Shown here one piece after another: positions 1 through 13,230 of a stretch of 64,000 nucleotides of DNA. The position numbers and the translations under genes were made by a program. Below the pieces are notes generated by a model that did no database searches, was not told where the DNA came from, and saw only the letters and a list, made by a program, of their open reading frames with translations. Source of the stretch: Octopus vulgaris (Eukaryota); contig OX597830.1 of the NCBI GenBank assembly GCA_951406725.2, positions 37,014,001 to 37,078,000 of the forward strand, given 5' to 3'. Each line of letters starts with the position of its first letter. Position 1 is the first letter of the stretch.

Positions 1-19
1 AGAATCAGTTAGATGTATT

Positions 20-340
20 CAAGTCGGGGTGGTTGGTGAATTAAGATGGTGACCGTTTCAGGTAAATTATGATTCTCGTATTGCTAATGTCAGTTCTATT
101 TTCTATAAAGCATAAAAGCAATTTTATTTTATGCAATGTTATGTACATATTACAAGCACCAATAACGGTGTATGCCTCTGAGAATGTTCGTCCAAATATA
201 TGCAAGTATGTAGACGATATATAAGCGCATGGAATCAGCCTCTAATTCCTACGGTTTTCTCTATAAACTGATAAGATGAGTTAGCTTTAACCTTCGGGAA
301 CCGGGTGAAAGTCACTGATGATGAATGTATATGTATGTGA
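20..340 (-). pseudogene. possible Penelope-like element GIY-YIG endonuclease remnant
   Basis: Hand translation of the minus strand gives decayed pieces (YISST...FSE; ELTLAIRES...LN) resembling the YIG-x-T...EH and L-x-I-x-ES...LN motifs. Many stops and frameshifts; inference only. Confidence 0.3.
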
Positions 341-1197
341 GTGAATGAATAATGTGGCATATATGAAGATATAGCGTATTTATCTTGTTTAATTTGTTAT
401 TTTGGCTCGTTGTTCATGTTTGGGATGTTTTGTTTGTATTGTATTACCTTGTTTTTGTTGTATGTATTTATTTAAATTATTTTTCTTTGACCGTATCGAG
501 TTGGTTTCATTTTCCTTTTTGTTTCTATAAATAGAAAAATAGTCACCTCTCCTGTATTTACTTTAAACTATAACTTAAATATATTGTAAGATTTATATTA
601 TAAATTGTTTTATCTAGATATAAATTCTTTTATTTAGATTTGAGTTGATATTTAAAATGTTTTACCATAAATATATAGACATGTGTGTATGGAATTGTAT
701 ATATATGCATATTGTAAATATATATATAGATGAATAATATGCATGTGTGTATATGTACGTGTGTGTGTATGCATATATACATAAATGGATAGGTATGCGT
801 ATGCATATATAAATATATATAAATATGTATATATGAATGTCTGTATTATGCAACAAAATCGGTTATAGAACAAGATACTAAAAGATTTAAATTTAGGAAT
901 TTACATAATTTCAGTCAGATTATTTATTTATGATTAAGCTCGCTTTCAAAAAGCGTTTTTTGAAAAGTGTTAGCAGTTATAAAATATTTTAATTGCTATT
1001 TTTCGTGTAATATTTAAGAATATATGTTGATCTGATGAAACCGCATTATATATTTAAACGGGATTCTATTAATCTTCAAAAGCTTGGTTTTATTAATGAA
1101 GTGGAATCATGTAATTTATGAGATGTGTCGTTTGTTTGTACAAAACAATCCAATTAATGATTTATTTAATTGTTCAGTTTATTGTTTTGGCCTCCTA

Positions 1198-1230
<33 letters not shown>

Positions 1231-1233
<3 letters not shown>

Positions 1234-1790
1234 AGAATTCACAAAAAAACAAAAGACGAAGACAGGTGGTGTAGACAACAAACAGATGTATTAGCTTAAC
1301 GCTCGGGAAGTGAATCAGTCTTTAACGTTTTGACCCTACGCTCTTCCACAGAAATGAACACAGAAAGAATCAAGGAGAGAAAATAAAGAATGAGTAGTGG
1401 CTAGCGATCTATCATTGCAAATGCCGGACAGAGGGGGTCACACAGGAAAGTTGGGAAGGAGGGGAGATAATAAAGTAGTGGTGATCCCCAAACGAAGGTG
1501 CGCGTGCGTGTGTATAAGAGAGCATGGATGTGCGTATGGAAGAGGGCTGGTGACCTTGACGTGTGTGTATGAGTAGGTGTGTGGATGTGGGGCTGAGAAG
1601 TGGTCAGTGCTTGTGTGTACGTGATGGTGTGATGTGATGTGGTGTTGTGTGGTATGGTGATGTATTGTGTGATGGTGTGTAGTATGGTGTGGTGGTATTG
1701 GGATGTAGGGGTGGCGAGAGTAAGAAATCAAGGGTGGAGTGTGGGTTAGGCTGAGGGTGGGGATAGAGGTAGTGTATGTGTATATATATA
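1231..1790 (-). mobile_element. Penelope-like 3' tail fragment between (TA)n tracts, with decayed hammerhead at 1320-1354
   Basis: Minus strand reads tttCTGTGGAAGAGCGTAGGGTCAAAACGTTAAAG, a degenerate CUGANGA / stem II / GAAAC-GT-UA pattern. The fragment abuts (TA)n. Confidence 0.4.
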
Positions 1791-1943
1791 ATACTTTGTC
1801 TGTGTGTCCCCTATGCACGGTCACACCTCTGGATCAATATGTACCATACTTGGGGCACATGAATAATTTGACCTTGTAAATAATACAATCTTGATTTATT
1901 TTTTTTTTATCAAAAATAAATAATATTGCTTTATATCTATATA

Positions 1944-2265
1944 TACTCTTTACTCTTTTACTTGTTTCAGTCAACTGACTGCGGCCATGCTGGAGCACCG
2001 CCTTTTAGTCGAGCAAATCGACCCCAGGACTTATTCTTTGTAAGCCCAGTACTTATTCTATCGGTCTCTTTTGCCGAACCGCTAGGTGACGGGGACGTAA
2101 ACACACCAGCATCGGTTGTCAAGCATTGCTAGGGGGTCAAACACAGACACACAAACACATACACACATATATATATATATACATATATACGACAGGCTTC
2201 TTTCAGTTTCCGTCTACCAATGTGGTTGGTTAGCAAGCTACTTACCACACAGCCACTCCTGCGCC
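1944..2265 (-). mobile_element. tRNA-derived SINE, family B (internally deleted)
   Basis: Head ggcgcaggagtggctgtgtggtaag and tail ...actgaaacaagtaaaagagta recur more than 10 times in the window. Confidence 0.85.
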
Positions 2266-2337
2266 TATATGATTCACTTCTTCAAACCGTTTTGTCAATG
2301 TCAATTTCCTCTGTCTGGCGTTCTGACGTAGTAACTA

Positions 2338-2441
<104 letters not shown>

Positions 2442-2719
2442 ACATCATTACAGTTGTGACGGTTTCTTATAAGAAAAAAATCTAAAAGAACTTCCATTTT
2501 TTATATTCTTCTGCAGCTTTCTATTTTTGTATTTGTACGTATACGTTCATTTCTGCAACAATTTTCCATTGTCAACAGGTCTGCTTCATATATTACTACT
2601 ACCACCACAACTACCACTACTGTCACTGCTAACCGCTACCACATTTACTTTACTATTATCGGCACGACAAATAAAGTTCTGTCGCTAATATTAATACTAC
2701 AAATGCCACCCCAACCAAC

Positions 2720-2752
2720 ACAACAGCAACAACAACAACAACAACAACAACA

Positions 2753-2806
<54 letters not shown>

Positions 2807-2827
2807 GTCGTCGTCGTCATCATCATT
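2720..2827. repeat. compound trinucleotide microsatellite (CAA)n(CTA)n(TCG)n(TCA)n
   Basis: Seen directly; a similar CAC/CAA/CTA/CTG run lies at 34988-35149. Confidence 0.9.
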
Positions 2828-2830
2828 TAT

Positions 2831-3110
2831 CGAGCTGGCAGAAACGTTAGGACGCCGGGCGAAATGCTTTAGCGGTATTTCATCTGCCGTTACATCCTGA
2901 GTTCAAATTCCGCCAAGGTCGACTTTGCCTTTCATCCTATAGGGGTCGATAAATTAAGTACCAGTTACGCACTGGGTTCGATGTAATCGACTTAATCCGT
3001 CCTTGTTTGTCCCCTCTGAGATTAGCCACTTGTGGGTAGTAAAAAAATAGGTATTTCGTCTGTCGTTATGTTCTGAGTTCAAATTCCGCCGAGGTCGACT
3101 TTGCCTTTCA
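2831..3110 (+). mobile_element. tRNA-derived SINE, family A (about 1.3 tandem units)
   Basis: gagctggcagaaacgttag...gagttcaaattcc (A/B-box-like), central gtcgactttgcctttcatcct...gtcgataaattaagtacc (resembles the Meta/MESC SINE domain, from memory), tail ...gtgggtagtaaa; many copies in the window. Confidence 0.85.
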
Positions 3111-3124
3111 TATGTCAACAGGTC

Positions 3125-3197
<73 letters not shown>

Positions 3198-3200
3198 TAA

Positions 3201-4402
3201 GGCATATAGTTGTGTGTGCCCTCTATGGACGGCCAAACCCCTGGTGCGACGATTAATGATCTCATAATGTATGTGCTCCCAAACATTGCACACATCTTTA
3301 GCAACAGTTAATGGCTCTCTGGGCGAACCATTTTAGCTCCACATAATGATGCTATCGACAAAATCAACTGGGATCTCTTGCAGATGTCGCCAAAACAGGA
3401 ACAGTTTTTCAAATCCCTCGCCACTGTCATTGATGAAGACCAGGCTGTAGTTTTTCACCTGAGTTCCTGAACTCTCTACAGACATCTGGGATGCCAACTC
3501 ATCACTCAATACTTAAAAAAGGGGTCCTAATCATGCTACTCAAGAATGCGGAGTCACTTCGTCTGTGCAATGACACTAGACTGGTGTTGAAAGCAATGCG
3601 ACCCCATGTCCTAGCGGCAACAATTATATCTGGGAACTATAAGGGTGAGGATGTCTTCATTCTACGGATCCCGTTAATCCCATATGATCTCCCTTTGAAT
3701 TTAAACGGTTCCGGTTCCCAGTGAAACTAAATTTCGCTATGTCAATAAACAAATCTCAAAGACAGTCTCTCAAAGCTGCTTCTCCCATGGGCAATTATAT
3801 GTAGGATGTTCACAAGTTGGAAGTCCTCAAATTCTTTTCACGTATACATCAATTAAAGGACACACCCAAAGCATTGTATATTTAGAAGTTCTAGATAATT
3901 AAACTGTGATTGATTGCCGGATTTGTTACAATATATTTGTTTATACTCACGTCATCTGATAACAGTTTTGTTAATTGTATTTAGTAACAGGAGAGGTGCG
4001 CCCAGAAGGCGGTTCTTCTCAAATTTATGCATTTTCAGGTTCAACTAAGTACTGAAAATTGAAGGTGATTGCAAAGACAAAGAACTACCTGCTCTTTTAA
4101 CAATTTTAACAGTGAGAACACCGGACAAAACATGTTATTGACAGATATAGTTGGTACCTCAGCTAACAACTTTTGAGAACTGCATAATCAATGTTTCATT
4201 TTACTTAGGGATTTATAAGGCATACTTAAATTTCATTATTTTCAATAACCTGGGAAACGTCAGGTTATTAACGTATAAAGATGGTATCTCAGTTATAAAG
4301 AGGTGAGAACTGCGTAGTCTATGTTACACGTTTGTTAGATATCTAAAAGGCATTTCAAAATTTACTTAGTTTCTCTAACCCGGGCAACGCCGGGTATTTC
4401 TG

Positions 4403-4406
<4 letters not shown>
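3201..4406 (+). mobile_element. Helitron 3' portion
   Basis: Decayed PIF1-family helicase C-terminus, then the subterminal hairpin acccgg-gcaacg-ccgggt (4378-4395) and CTAA (CTRR) at 4403-4406 followed by T. Confidence 0.85.
3225..3901 (+). pseudogene. Helitron RepHel PIF1-like helicase C-terminal remnant
   Basis: Motifs WLSGRTILAPHND, GVLIMLLKN...LCNDTRL, RIPLIP, FPVKLNFAMSINKSQRQSL and FSHGQLYVGCSQV across frameshifts. Confidence 0.9.
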
Positions 4407-4449
<43 letters not shown>

Positions 4450-4604
4450 TGAAATAGAAAGATGAATAATCTTGTTGCAGATTAATCAAAAGTTTAACCG
4501 ATACCTTGGTAGCAAAAATCACAGCAGAAGACAGCACGGTTGGAGGTACAACCATATGGTGTTGCAACCATGCGTTGGTGCGGATAATTGAATTTTAATA
4601 TTAT

Positions 4605-5068
4605 TAGTGAATTGAAGAAATGGAGTTGAACGAAGATTGAACAGAAATCGTTTTATTGCATTCTACACCTGTTTTGAAAGCCACAATTTACCAAATTCCG
4701 ATTGAATAAGGAGACCATATTGTGTCTTTCTCTTCAGGAAGAAATAGGAAATCCGTTGGCAAAAACAAAAACAGAACAGAGGCGCAGCAAAACAAATCGA
4801 ACGAGGCTCCTAAGAGCCCATGGCCAAACTGTTTATCAATGTATAAACAGTTTGGCCATGGGCTCTTAGGAGCCTCGTTCGATTTGTTTTGCTGCGCCTC
4901 TGTTCTGTTTTTGTTTTTGCCAACGGATTTCCTATTTCTTCCTGAAGAGAAAGACACAATATGGTCTCCTTATTCAATCGGAATTTGGTAAATTGTGGCT
5001 TTCGAAACAGGTGTAGAATGCAATAAAACGATTTCTGTTCAATCTTCGTTCAACTCCATTTCTTCAAT

Positions 5069-5074
<6 letters not shown>
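4605..5074. repeat. 470-bp near-perfect palindrome (232-bp arms, 6-nt loop, 1 mismatch)
   Basis: Arms 4605-4836 and 4843-5074 are reverse complements; the only mismatch found is 4675 T against 5004 G. Confidence 0.97.
4939..5018 (+). ncRNA. type-I hammerhead ribozyme-like motif (PLE type)
   Basis: CTGAAGA (4942-4948), stem II gaaagacacaat/attgtggctttc, GAAAC (5004-5008)-AGGT-GTA, 3-bp stem I ttc/gaa, AATAAA at 5022. Confidence 0.6.
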
Positions 5075-5146
<72 letters not shown>

Positions 5147-5523
5147 GATGTGTGCGTGTGTATGTATATGCGTCACATCATAAATTATGCAATTTACACA
5201 TATGTAAACTTTTTTTTCTGCGATATAATTACAAAAATATCAAATTCAGATGTTTCATATGTTTTAATAAATAATTTTAATATGCACTGTTTTTCCTCCA
5301 CCGAACTCGTTTATCCAAATGCATATTCACTGAAAATTTCCACACACAAACTTATTTATATTATACAATTATCGAATTTAGATGAATTTGCATGCTTTTA
5401 AAAATAGGTTTTATTTAAATTTCTAGTGCATAATTACTGTAATATCTAAAATAGCACATAAATGTCAGGTTCTCATGCAAAGGCAATACTTCTACTTTAT
5501 ATTATTAAAATATGGTATATGAG

Positions 5524-5763
5524 TGGAGGCGCAATGGCCCAGTGGTTAGGACTGCGCGGTCGGAGGATCGCGGTTTCGATTCCCAGACCGGGCGCTTTTG
5601 TGTGTTTATTGAGCGAAAACACCTAAGAGCGCCTTTGCACTCTCTCTTCCTGTTTCTTGAGTAACTCTGCGATGGACTGGCGTCCCGTCCAGCTGCGGGG
5701 AACACATACGCCACAGAAACCGGGAAACTGGGCCCAGGAGCCTGGCTAGGCTTGAAAAGGGTG
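5524..5763 (+). mobile_element. tRNA-derived SINE, family C
   Basis: tggcccagtggttag (A-box-like) ... gtttcgattccc (B-box-like); tail shared with the 59845-60100 copy. Confidence 0.75.
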
Positions 5764-5785
5764 AAAGAAGATATAGTGTATGTTT

Positions 5786-6400
5786 AAGGCGGTGAGCTGG
5801 CAGAATCGTTACCAAGCCAGGTGAAATACTTAGCGGTATTTCGCCTGTCGATACGTTCTGAGTTCAGTTTCTGCTGCGGTCGACTTTACTTTCGGGGTCG
5901 ATAAAATGAGTACCAGTAGAACACTGGGGTCGATGTAATCCCCTTCCCCAAAATTGGCGTCCTTGTGGCAAAATTTGAAACAATTATATAGCATATATAT
6001 ATTATTATTAGTCTCTCTCTCTTTCTCTTCACCGCATTTTGTCCGTCTGTACCCTTCGAGCTCAAATTCCGCTGAGGTCTAGTATACCTTTCAAACTTCT
6101 GGGGTCGACAATATACGTAGCAGCGACGCACTGGGGTCGACATTGTTGACTTACCCGTCCCCCAGAATTTTAGGCCTTGTACCTACCTTCTGCCTGTAGC
6201 AGAAAGAATTATTAGCCCCTCTTAGTGCGGCGAGCAGACAGAACTGTTAGCATTCCGGACAAAATGCTAAACGGTATTTCGTCCATCTGTATCTCCTGTA
6301 TCCAAATTCCGCCAAGCTCGACTTTGCCTTTCATCCTATCATCCTTGCGGGATCGATAAAATAAGTACCAGCTCAGCACTGGGGTCGATGTAATCAAGTC
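5786..6400 (+). mobile_element. cluster of three family A SINE copies
   Basis: Repeated aaggcggtgagctggcagaatcgtt / ggggtcgat motifs. Confidence 0.8.
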
Positions 6401-6429
6401 TGGGGCATAAACAAGTAAATACCAATAAG

Positions 6430-7002
6430 AAAAGGTGGCATGTAGTAACATATTTAAAAAAGTACCGCCATAGAGCGGAAAATAACGAAGTTTAAAGGTG
6501 CCATAGGGATTAATTTACCAGCTGAACATTACCCGAAACACATAAAGGGAGTGTTGATTGACAAGGAAAGGTATAAAAGGTTAAAAGAGCTATTTAAATG
6601 TGATGTGAACCCTTTGGGGGGAAGAATTTGAATTTGAAGAACTACCAAAAGTAGTTACATACGAGGAGTTAATACCACTAATGAATGGTAAATAAAGGAG
6701 TACTTTAAAGAGGAAAAAAAAAGACTTTTTAACAAATGAAAAAAAGAAAAGAAAAAGGAAATAGATTTTAATTTAAAAATCGGGAAAAAAAGATGTAAAA
6801 AAAAAGAAAACTTTCGTAACTTGTATAAATTAACAGTAAAATGGTACTGTTTGAGAAGCGGGGTTCAATGCAGCCATTTCATTATTATCTTTTTATCATA
6901 CATTTTTTTTCATTTTTATTCGTTTTATGTCTCCACAGTAAGTGTTCTGTCTGTCCTTGTGCTGTCCCCTCTATGTTATGGCCTGGGTGCCAAATAAAGA
7001 AA
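6430..7002 (+). mobile_element. unclassified retroposed fragment with Tx1/SINE-A-type 3' tail
   Basis: Ends ...ctgtccttgtgctgtcccctctatgttatggcctgggtgccaaataaagaaa, similar to the tails at 32255-32293 and in SINE A. Confidence 0.35.
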
Positions 7003-7224
7003 AGCAGAAGCAAGACAGCTGCGACATAAGCCACACGTTTTTCTATTCGAACTATTTGAAAATCAGTGTAAACTGTGAAACCAGTTAAACTTCAAATATA
7101 TTAATCAAAAATATTTTAACCATTCTCAGTGTATTTTCAACTTCTGTTTTCCCAATATTTCTACCGATGTGGAATAAAATAACTCCGTTTCTCTCTCTGT
7201 CTCTGTCTCTGTCTGACTGTCTGT

Positions 7225-7324
<100 letters not shown>

Positions 7325-7326
7325 AT

Positions 7327-7455
7327 AGCTGTGTGGTAAGAAGCTTGATTCGAACCACATGATTCTGGGTTCAGTCCCACCGCTTGGCACTTTGGACAAG
7401 TGTCTTCTACCATACTCTCGGGCCGACCAAAATCTTGTGAGTGGATTTGGTAGAC

Positions 7456-7457
<2 letters not shown>
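7327..7457 (+). mobile_element. family B SINE, 5' part
   Basis: gctgtgtggtaagaagctt...ggatttggtagacg. Confidence 0.75.
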
Positions 7458-7494
<37 letters not shown>

Positions 7495-7925
7495 TATGTA
7501 TATATAGATATATAGGTATATATACGCACGCATACACACACACATGTGTGTGAGTATGTGTGTCTCTATGTGTGTATATATAATGTATATGTGCAGTGCA
7601 GATACAGAGATGGAGATCACGGGAGAAATCGAGAGGGAGAGATATCAATAATAGGATAGAGAAGACGAACGGGTGATTCATGAGTTATGATGTTATTAGA
7701 AATGCGCACGACAAAGGAAATGGGAAGAACAAAGCCGTCGTACAACAGAGAGATCGAGAAAGAACTAAAAGGAGAAGTAGAAGATTTCAAAGCGAAAGTA
7801 GATTTGCTAATAATAGATAAAGAAGGTAGAAATGGAAGAGGTAAAAAGGATGAAGCGGATAAGAAGAGAAAAAGAAAAAAAAAAGTTGGAAAAAGTAGGA
7901 GCACAAGCGGTGAAGGTCGAATAAC

Positions 7926-8010
<85 letters not shown>

Positions 8011-8291
8011 GTGACATTAAATAAAAACGCCTCAAAATCGAGAATAAGATGTGGAAAAAAGAATTCTTGTTACTTAATTTATCTTTCTTCCTTATTTTAA
8101 CAAACACACGTAGTATTCATATCTTGCCCATGAGCAAATAAAATATGTTTAACGCCTACCGGAAATGAAAATACGGTATTTAGAAATATATCCAGGCTTA
8201 AACAGATATAACACCCAACTACACATGTACACGTGCACCACTCATAGCTCCTAGGCAAGAATACATATAATGTATATGTATCTATGGTAAA

Positions 8292-8346
<55 letters not shown>

Positions 8347-8514
8347 CATACATATTATATATATATATACATATATATTACATATATATATATATACATA
8401 TATATATTTATATATATTACATATATATATATATATATATACATACATATATATGTATGTATATGTATATGTATATATATAATATATATATTGCGTATAT
8501 ACATATATACGTAT

Positions 8515-8588
<74 letters not shown>

Positions 8589-9095
8589 ATGTATGTATGT
8601 ATGTATGTATGTATAATGTACTGTTTCGTGATATACATGTGTATATACAGCGGAAGCCACAGAAGAAAAGAAAAAGAGAGAAATAAAGAAAGAGTGTGAG
8701 GCATAAAACATGAATATTACAGAACTATTGAGAAGAATAATGAATTTATCGACCGGCAAAAGTGGATTTAAAGGGATGTCACAACAAAAGCATGGCAAAA
8801 GCATTACTTGTTCTAAGATAATGCGTTACGTAATAATGTCTCACGCATATATTGCACATACGCGCACAGACATTTGTAATTGCGAGAGTCAGAGCAGCTG
8901 TAGTAATGCATAACCAGCTCACAGAACACGAGTTCAAATCTGGTTATGCTTGCTTTTATTTTGTATGCAAATGCTTATGTGTGTGTGTGTGTGTGTGTGT
9001 GTTATGTGTAAGGAGAGACACATAAGAAAAGGAATTAAAGCGGATGAGAGATGCAAAAATGAGTTTTCATATTGAGGAGGTATCTTGACATGTGT

Positions 9096-9521
9096 CTTTT
9101 ATCCTTTACTTGTATAAATCATTTTTAACTGCGGCCATGTTAGGGTACCGTCTTGAAGGAGCCGCAGTCGAAAAAATCGACTCCCGGTTCTTGAGTTACT
9201 TTTTAAAGCCAGGCACTTATTCTATTCGTCTCTTTCACCGAACCGCTAAGTTACGGGGGCGTAAACACACCAACACCGGTTGTCGAGTGGTAGTGCGGCA
9301 AATAGATACAAAGACACGAACATAGATATATGCGTATACACACACACACACATATAAATATATACATTATATAGGACGGGCTTGTTTCATTTTCTGTCTA
9401 CCAAATCCACTCACAAGGCTTTGGTCGGCCCGAGACTATAGTAGAAGATACTTGCCCAAGGTGCCATGCAGTCGGACTGAACCCGGGAGCAAACTTCTTA
9501 CCATACAGCCACCTCTGCGCC
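9096..9521 (-). mobile_element. family B SINE
   Basis: Full-length match to the other copies. Confidence 0.8.
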
Positions 9522-10780
9522 TATATATATCGAAACTATGCTATGAACTTAGGGTTCTAGGAAGCATGTTGCCCCAGATAATCTCTGATTTTGAAAATCT
9601 GTGATCAAAGGTATTCCGGGCGCCATTATCTTGTTTGCAGTGAGCTGACACAATAGTTACCAAACCGAACAAAATTCTTAGCAGTATTTCTTCCGGCTCT
9701 TTATGTTCTGAATCGAAATGCCACCAAGATTGATATTACTGTTCATTGTTTTGGGGTTGATAAAATATGGGCTAGCTAAGTTCTGAGGGTGATATAACTG
9801 GCTCCCCCTCCAAAATTGCTGGCCTTATTTAGAAAGAATTCTCATGTATGCTCTCCGCTTAAGAATACAAAACAGCAGAAAATAGTTTGAGAGAGATAAA
9901 TGGGAACTGTTACTGACAAGTATTTGATTTTTCGGTTGTTTACATTCTGCTCTACAAAGTTCACTAATAAAATTTATGTAAAAGAGTATTATCGTCTGAG
10001 AAACAATAACAATATGAATCCGCACAAAAATATTGTTTTGTTGGTTCCTCCGATTTTCCAACATGTAAATTTTTATAAAATAATTGTTATTTTCGAACAT
10101 GTAAATTTCAACGATAATTGTTATAGAATATCCTAAAACTTTCCGCATCATTAAACTGATGTGTGATTATGTCGATTCAATTAGCATGAACATCAAAACT
10201 AGCTCAGTGACACTGGAGAATAATTTAAATTCAGATTAAATTTTTAAATCTTTTCTTTCAAAGGAAGTGATTGCATTTTTACGAGAAAATAGTTCAATGA
10301 CTAAACTGTTTTTCAATTCGATAATTATTTTTACATTATGGAATTAATTATCTTCGTTGAACAGAATGCTACAAATTGAAAGGGTTTAGAGTTTTATGAG
10401 ATAATTTAATACTGCATTGAATGATTTATGTTCTTACTATTTAGATCTTATGGAATGACACTTCAACCTAAGACGAAAAATTAATCACTTTCTTTATTAT
10501 TTTAAGTGTTGCCTTTAAAATTGATGTATGAAAAATCATGGCATGTGGAACTAGTTTTGAATAATTTGTTGTTCTTAATACAAACCAGGTCACTTGACTG
10601 GGAAACAATATTTGCAGTAGGTTTAATATGCTAGATTATTTAGATTGATTAACGTATATTATCAGTTTATATCCTTTCAAATTTCATCGTTATTTTGTGT
10701 CTACTGGCGTTGATAAAATAATTCCCAACAATAATTTAAGATCGATCCAACTGATGACACTACTTCCAAATAGCTTTTTA

Positions 10781-12060
10781 CGAGAGTAAGTCAAAAATTG
10801 TACGCGCTCTTATTTCTGTAATTTATTAAAACAAAAGCAGGGATTGAACAATTGCATCATTTCTCTACATAGTCGCCTTGATTTTCAATGCACTTATCCC
10901 AAGGGTTCTGAAGCTTGCTTATTCCATGGGAGAATGAGGTTTCTGGATGGTCGGGCAGCCATTTATATACAGCTTCCTGCCATCTTTGTCTGTATCAAAT
11001 CAACGACGTCGTAAAGAAAGTTTAATGAGTCCAAAGGGGTTATAGCCGAAAGGAGCGAAACCTACACAGTATGTAGGGTATCTCAGCAACGCAATACCGC
11101 ATCTTTGAATGGTTTCAGTGGCGTGGGCTGCCGTATATGGGTAAGCATTGTCGTGCAACAATAATACTAGTTTTCTCAATAGACTTCGGCGTTTGGTAAG
11201 AATTGTTTTCAGTTTGTTGGCCAGCGTTTCACTGTAGCCTACATTGGTGACTGTACACCTTTCTTCCCGTTAATGTTCCAGTCGTCCCAATAAACGATTC
11301 GCATCACTTTTTTTGCGTGTCTTTGAGTCTTGAGTTTCTTTTTCGCAGGCGATTTCGAGTGTTTCCATTCCAAACTTTGGACTTTGACTCAAAGTGATGA
11401 AACCAGGTCCTTTCTCCTGTAATTTTTCTCTCCAAAAACATCTTCCCTTGATCTTTGTAGCGGCAAAGAGGGCGTTGACAGATCGCCATACGATTGCGCT
11501 TATGCACTTCGGCAAGATCTCTCGACATTCATCTCGCACAAATTTTACGGAAGTAAACCTTGTCGTGAACGATTTCGTATGCAGAACCATGACTAATTTT
11601 TAGAGAACATACCATCGATGGTCACTCGTCGGTTCACCAGAACCATTTCTCGAGCTTGTCGACTCTTCACGTCAGTGGCAGAAATTGATGCGCCTCCTGC
11701 TCTCTCTTCGTGTTTCACGCTTGTCCGGCCATTTTTCAGTTTCTCGATCCACTCATACACACTTCTATGCTATAGAGAACTGTCCCGTATTGTACTGAAA
11801 GCCTGTGCTGAATTTCAGCCCCTGAACACACTTTCAGACCAGAGAAATCGGATCACTGGTCTCTGTTCTTCTTTGATGCACACTGATAGCGGAGCGGCTA
11901 TGTTTACTCCGCAACACAGGAAAGAAACCTGGAGCAATGATGATCAAACCTCGGTTATGTACTCAGAAAAGTACCACATTTTTGCTTGGGAAGACTGAAC
12001 GCAACGCTGCCAATCTCACCAAGGATTTTGTGAAAGTGCGGATAACTTTTGATACCATTC
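10781..12060 (-). mobile_element. mariner DNA transposon, near full length, defective
   Basis: Imperfect TIRs (cgagagtaagtcaaaaattgtacgcgct / agtgcggataacttttgataccattc) each flanked by TA, enclosing a transposase relic. Confidence 0.85.
10857..11901 (-). pseudogene. mariner transposase pseudogene
   Basis: N-term AAPLSVCIKEEQRPVIRFLWSE, KICAR*MSR (decayed WVPR), LHDNAYPYTA, C-term WDKCIENQGDYVEK*; multiple frameshifts. Confidence 0.85.
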
Positions 12061-12133
12061 TATTACTTTCTAGAAATATCTCAAATATTTATCTAAAGTT
12101 ACTCACGCATCGCAAAGCGTCTTATGTATGTGC

Positions 12134-12138
12134 TTATG

Positions 12139-12169
<31 letters not shown>

Positions 12170-12182
12170 GTATGTATGTATG

Positions 12183-12213
<31 letters not shown>

Positions 12214-12346
12214 GTATGTATGTATGTATGTATGTATGTATGTATGTATGTATGTCTGTGTGTATGTATGTATGTATGTATGTATGTATGTATGTATGTA
12301 TGTATGTATGTATGTATGTATGTATGTATGTATGTATGTATGTATG
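12134..12346. repeat. (TATG)n microsatellite
   Basis: Seen directly. Confidence 0.95.
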
Positions 12347-12439
12347 TGTGTACACGTATGTGTGTGTGTACACGTATGTGTATGTACTTGTATGTATATG
12401 TATATACAAAGATGCAAACACATATACTATAAATAAAAA

Positions 12440-12778
12440 CGTAAGGACTCCCTTCGGTCATGACTGAACATGCGATTGCACCTAGAAATTATCGCCCCGA
12501 GGCACAAGTCCGAGCAAGTTTATTTATGGAAGACCAGCAGTCGCCCACGCATGCCAGACTCCCCCCCCACGCCACCGAAGTAATCCAAGAGGAAGGCAAA
12601 CGTCGATACAACTTGGTACCAGTGATACCACAACTCATTTCTACATCTGAGTGAACTGGTGCAACGTAACAATAAAGTTGTCTGGCTCAAGAAAACATAA
12701 CCTAGCCCGGTCAGGAAATCGAATTCACTGCTACATAATTGCGAGCCCGAAGCTTTAACCACTGAGCTATGCGTCTTA
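12440..12778 (-). mobile_element. tRNA-derived SINE (family C/D head, RTE-like tail)
   Basis: Homologous to 17468-17799; head gcatagctcagtggttaaag; shared core ...gcaacgtgaaataaagtgtcttgctcaag. The tail class is from memory. Confidence 0.7.
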
Positions 12779-13172
12779 ACTACACATATGTTATATATCA
12801 TTTTGGTGTATTACTGATTTATGAAGGAAAGTATCTTTTATATGATTGGTAGGCAATCATATTATTGCCGAAGGCTGTTTTTATACAATGAATGAGGAAC
12901 GGAGTTAAAAGGCTTGGCGCATCTCAGAATGAATACTGTTAAAAATGTCAGGGATAATTAGCAAAAGTGATTTAAATAGCTTCGTGGGAATCGCATGTGT
13001 TGCTGAGAATTCACTCACTACCATTTCCGTGAGTTGACAGCTTGTTGAATATGATATTCAAGAATTGGTCAAGAGAATCTCCAGTGGTTTTGAGGGTAAG
13101 TGTTTAGTTGGTCAATCATCAAAACAACAAAGCACATTGAAGTTGCGTGTAAATGCTGAACATTCCACACAC

Positions 13173-13230
<58 letters not shown>

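Noticed and set aside
1027-1075. gatCTGATGAaaccg...cgg possible hammerhead
   Set aside because: No GAAA element; too degenerate to call, although it lies about 130 bp from a TA tract.
4688-4991. Two near-identical 89-aa ORFs on opposite strands
   Set aside because: A by-product of the palindrome; no protein motif.
7687-7925. K/E/R-rich ORF
   Set aside because: Purine-rich low-complexity sequence running into (CTAT)n; no domain recognised.
13041-13095. Possible 55-nt exon (CAG...G|GTAAGT, LVEYDIQELVKRISSGFE)
   Set aside because: Weak pyrimidine tract and no partner exons or recognisable homology.
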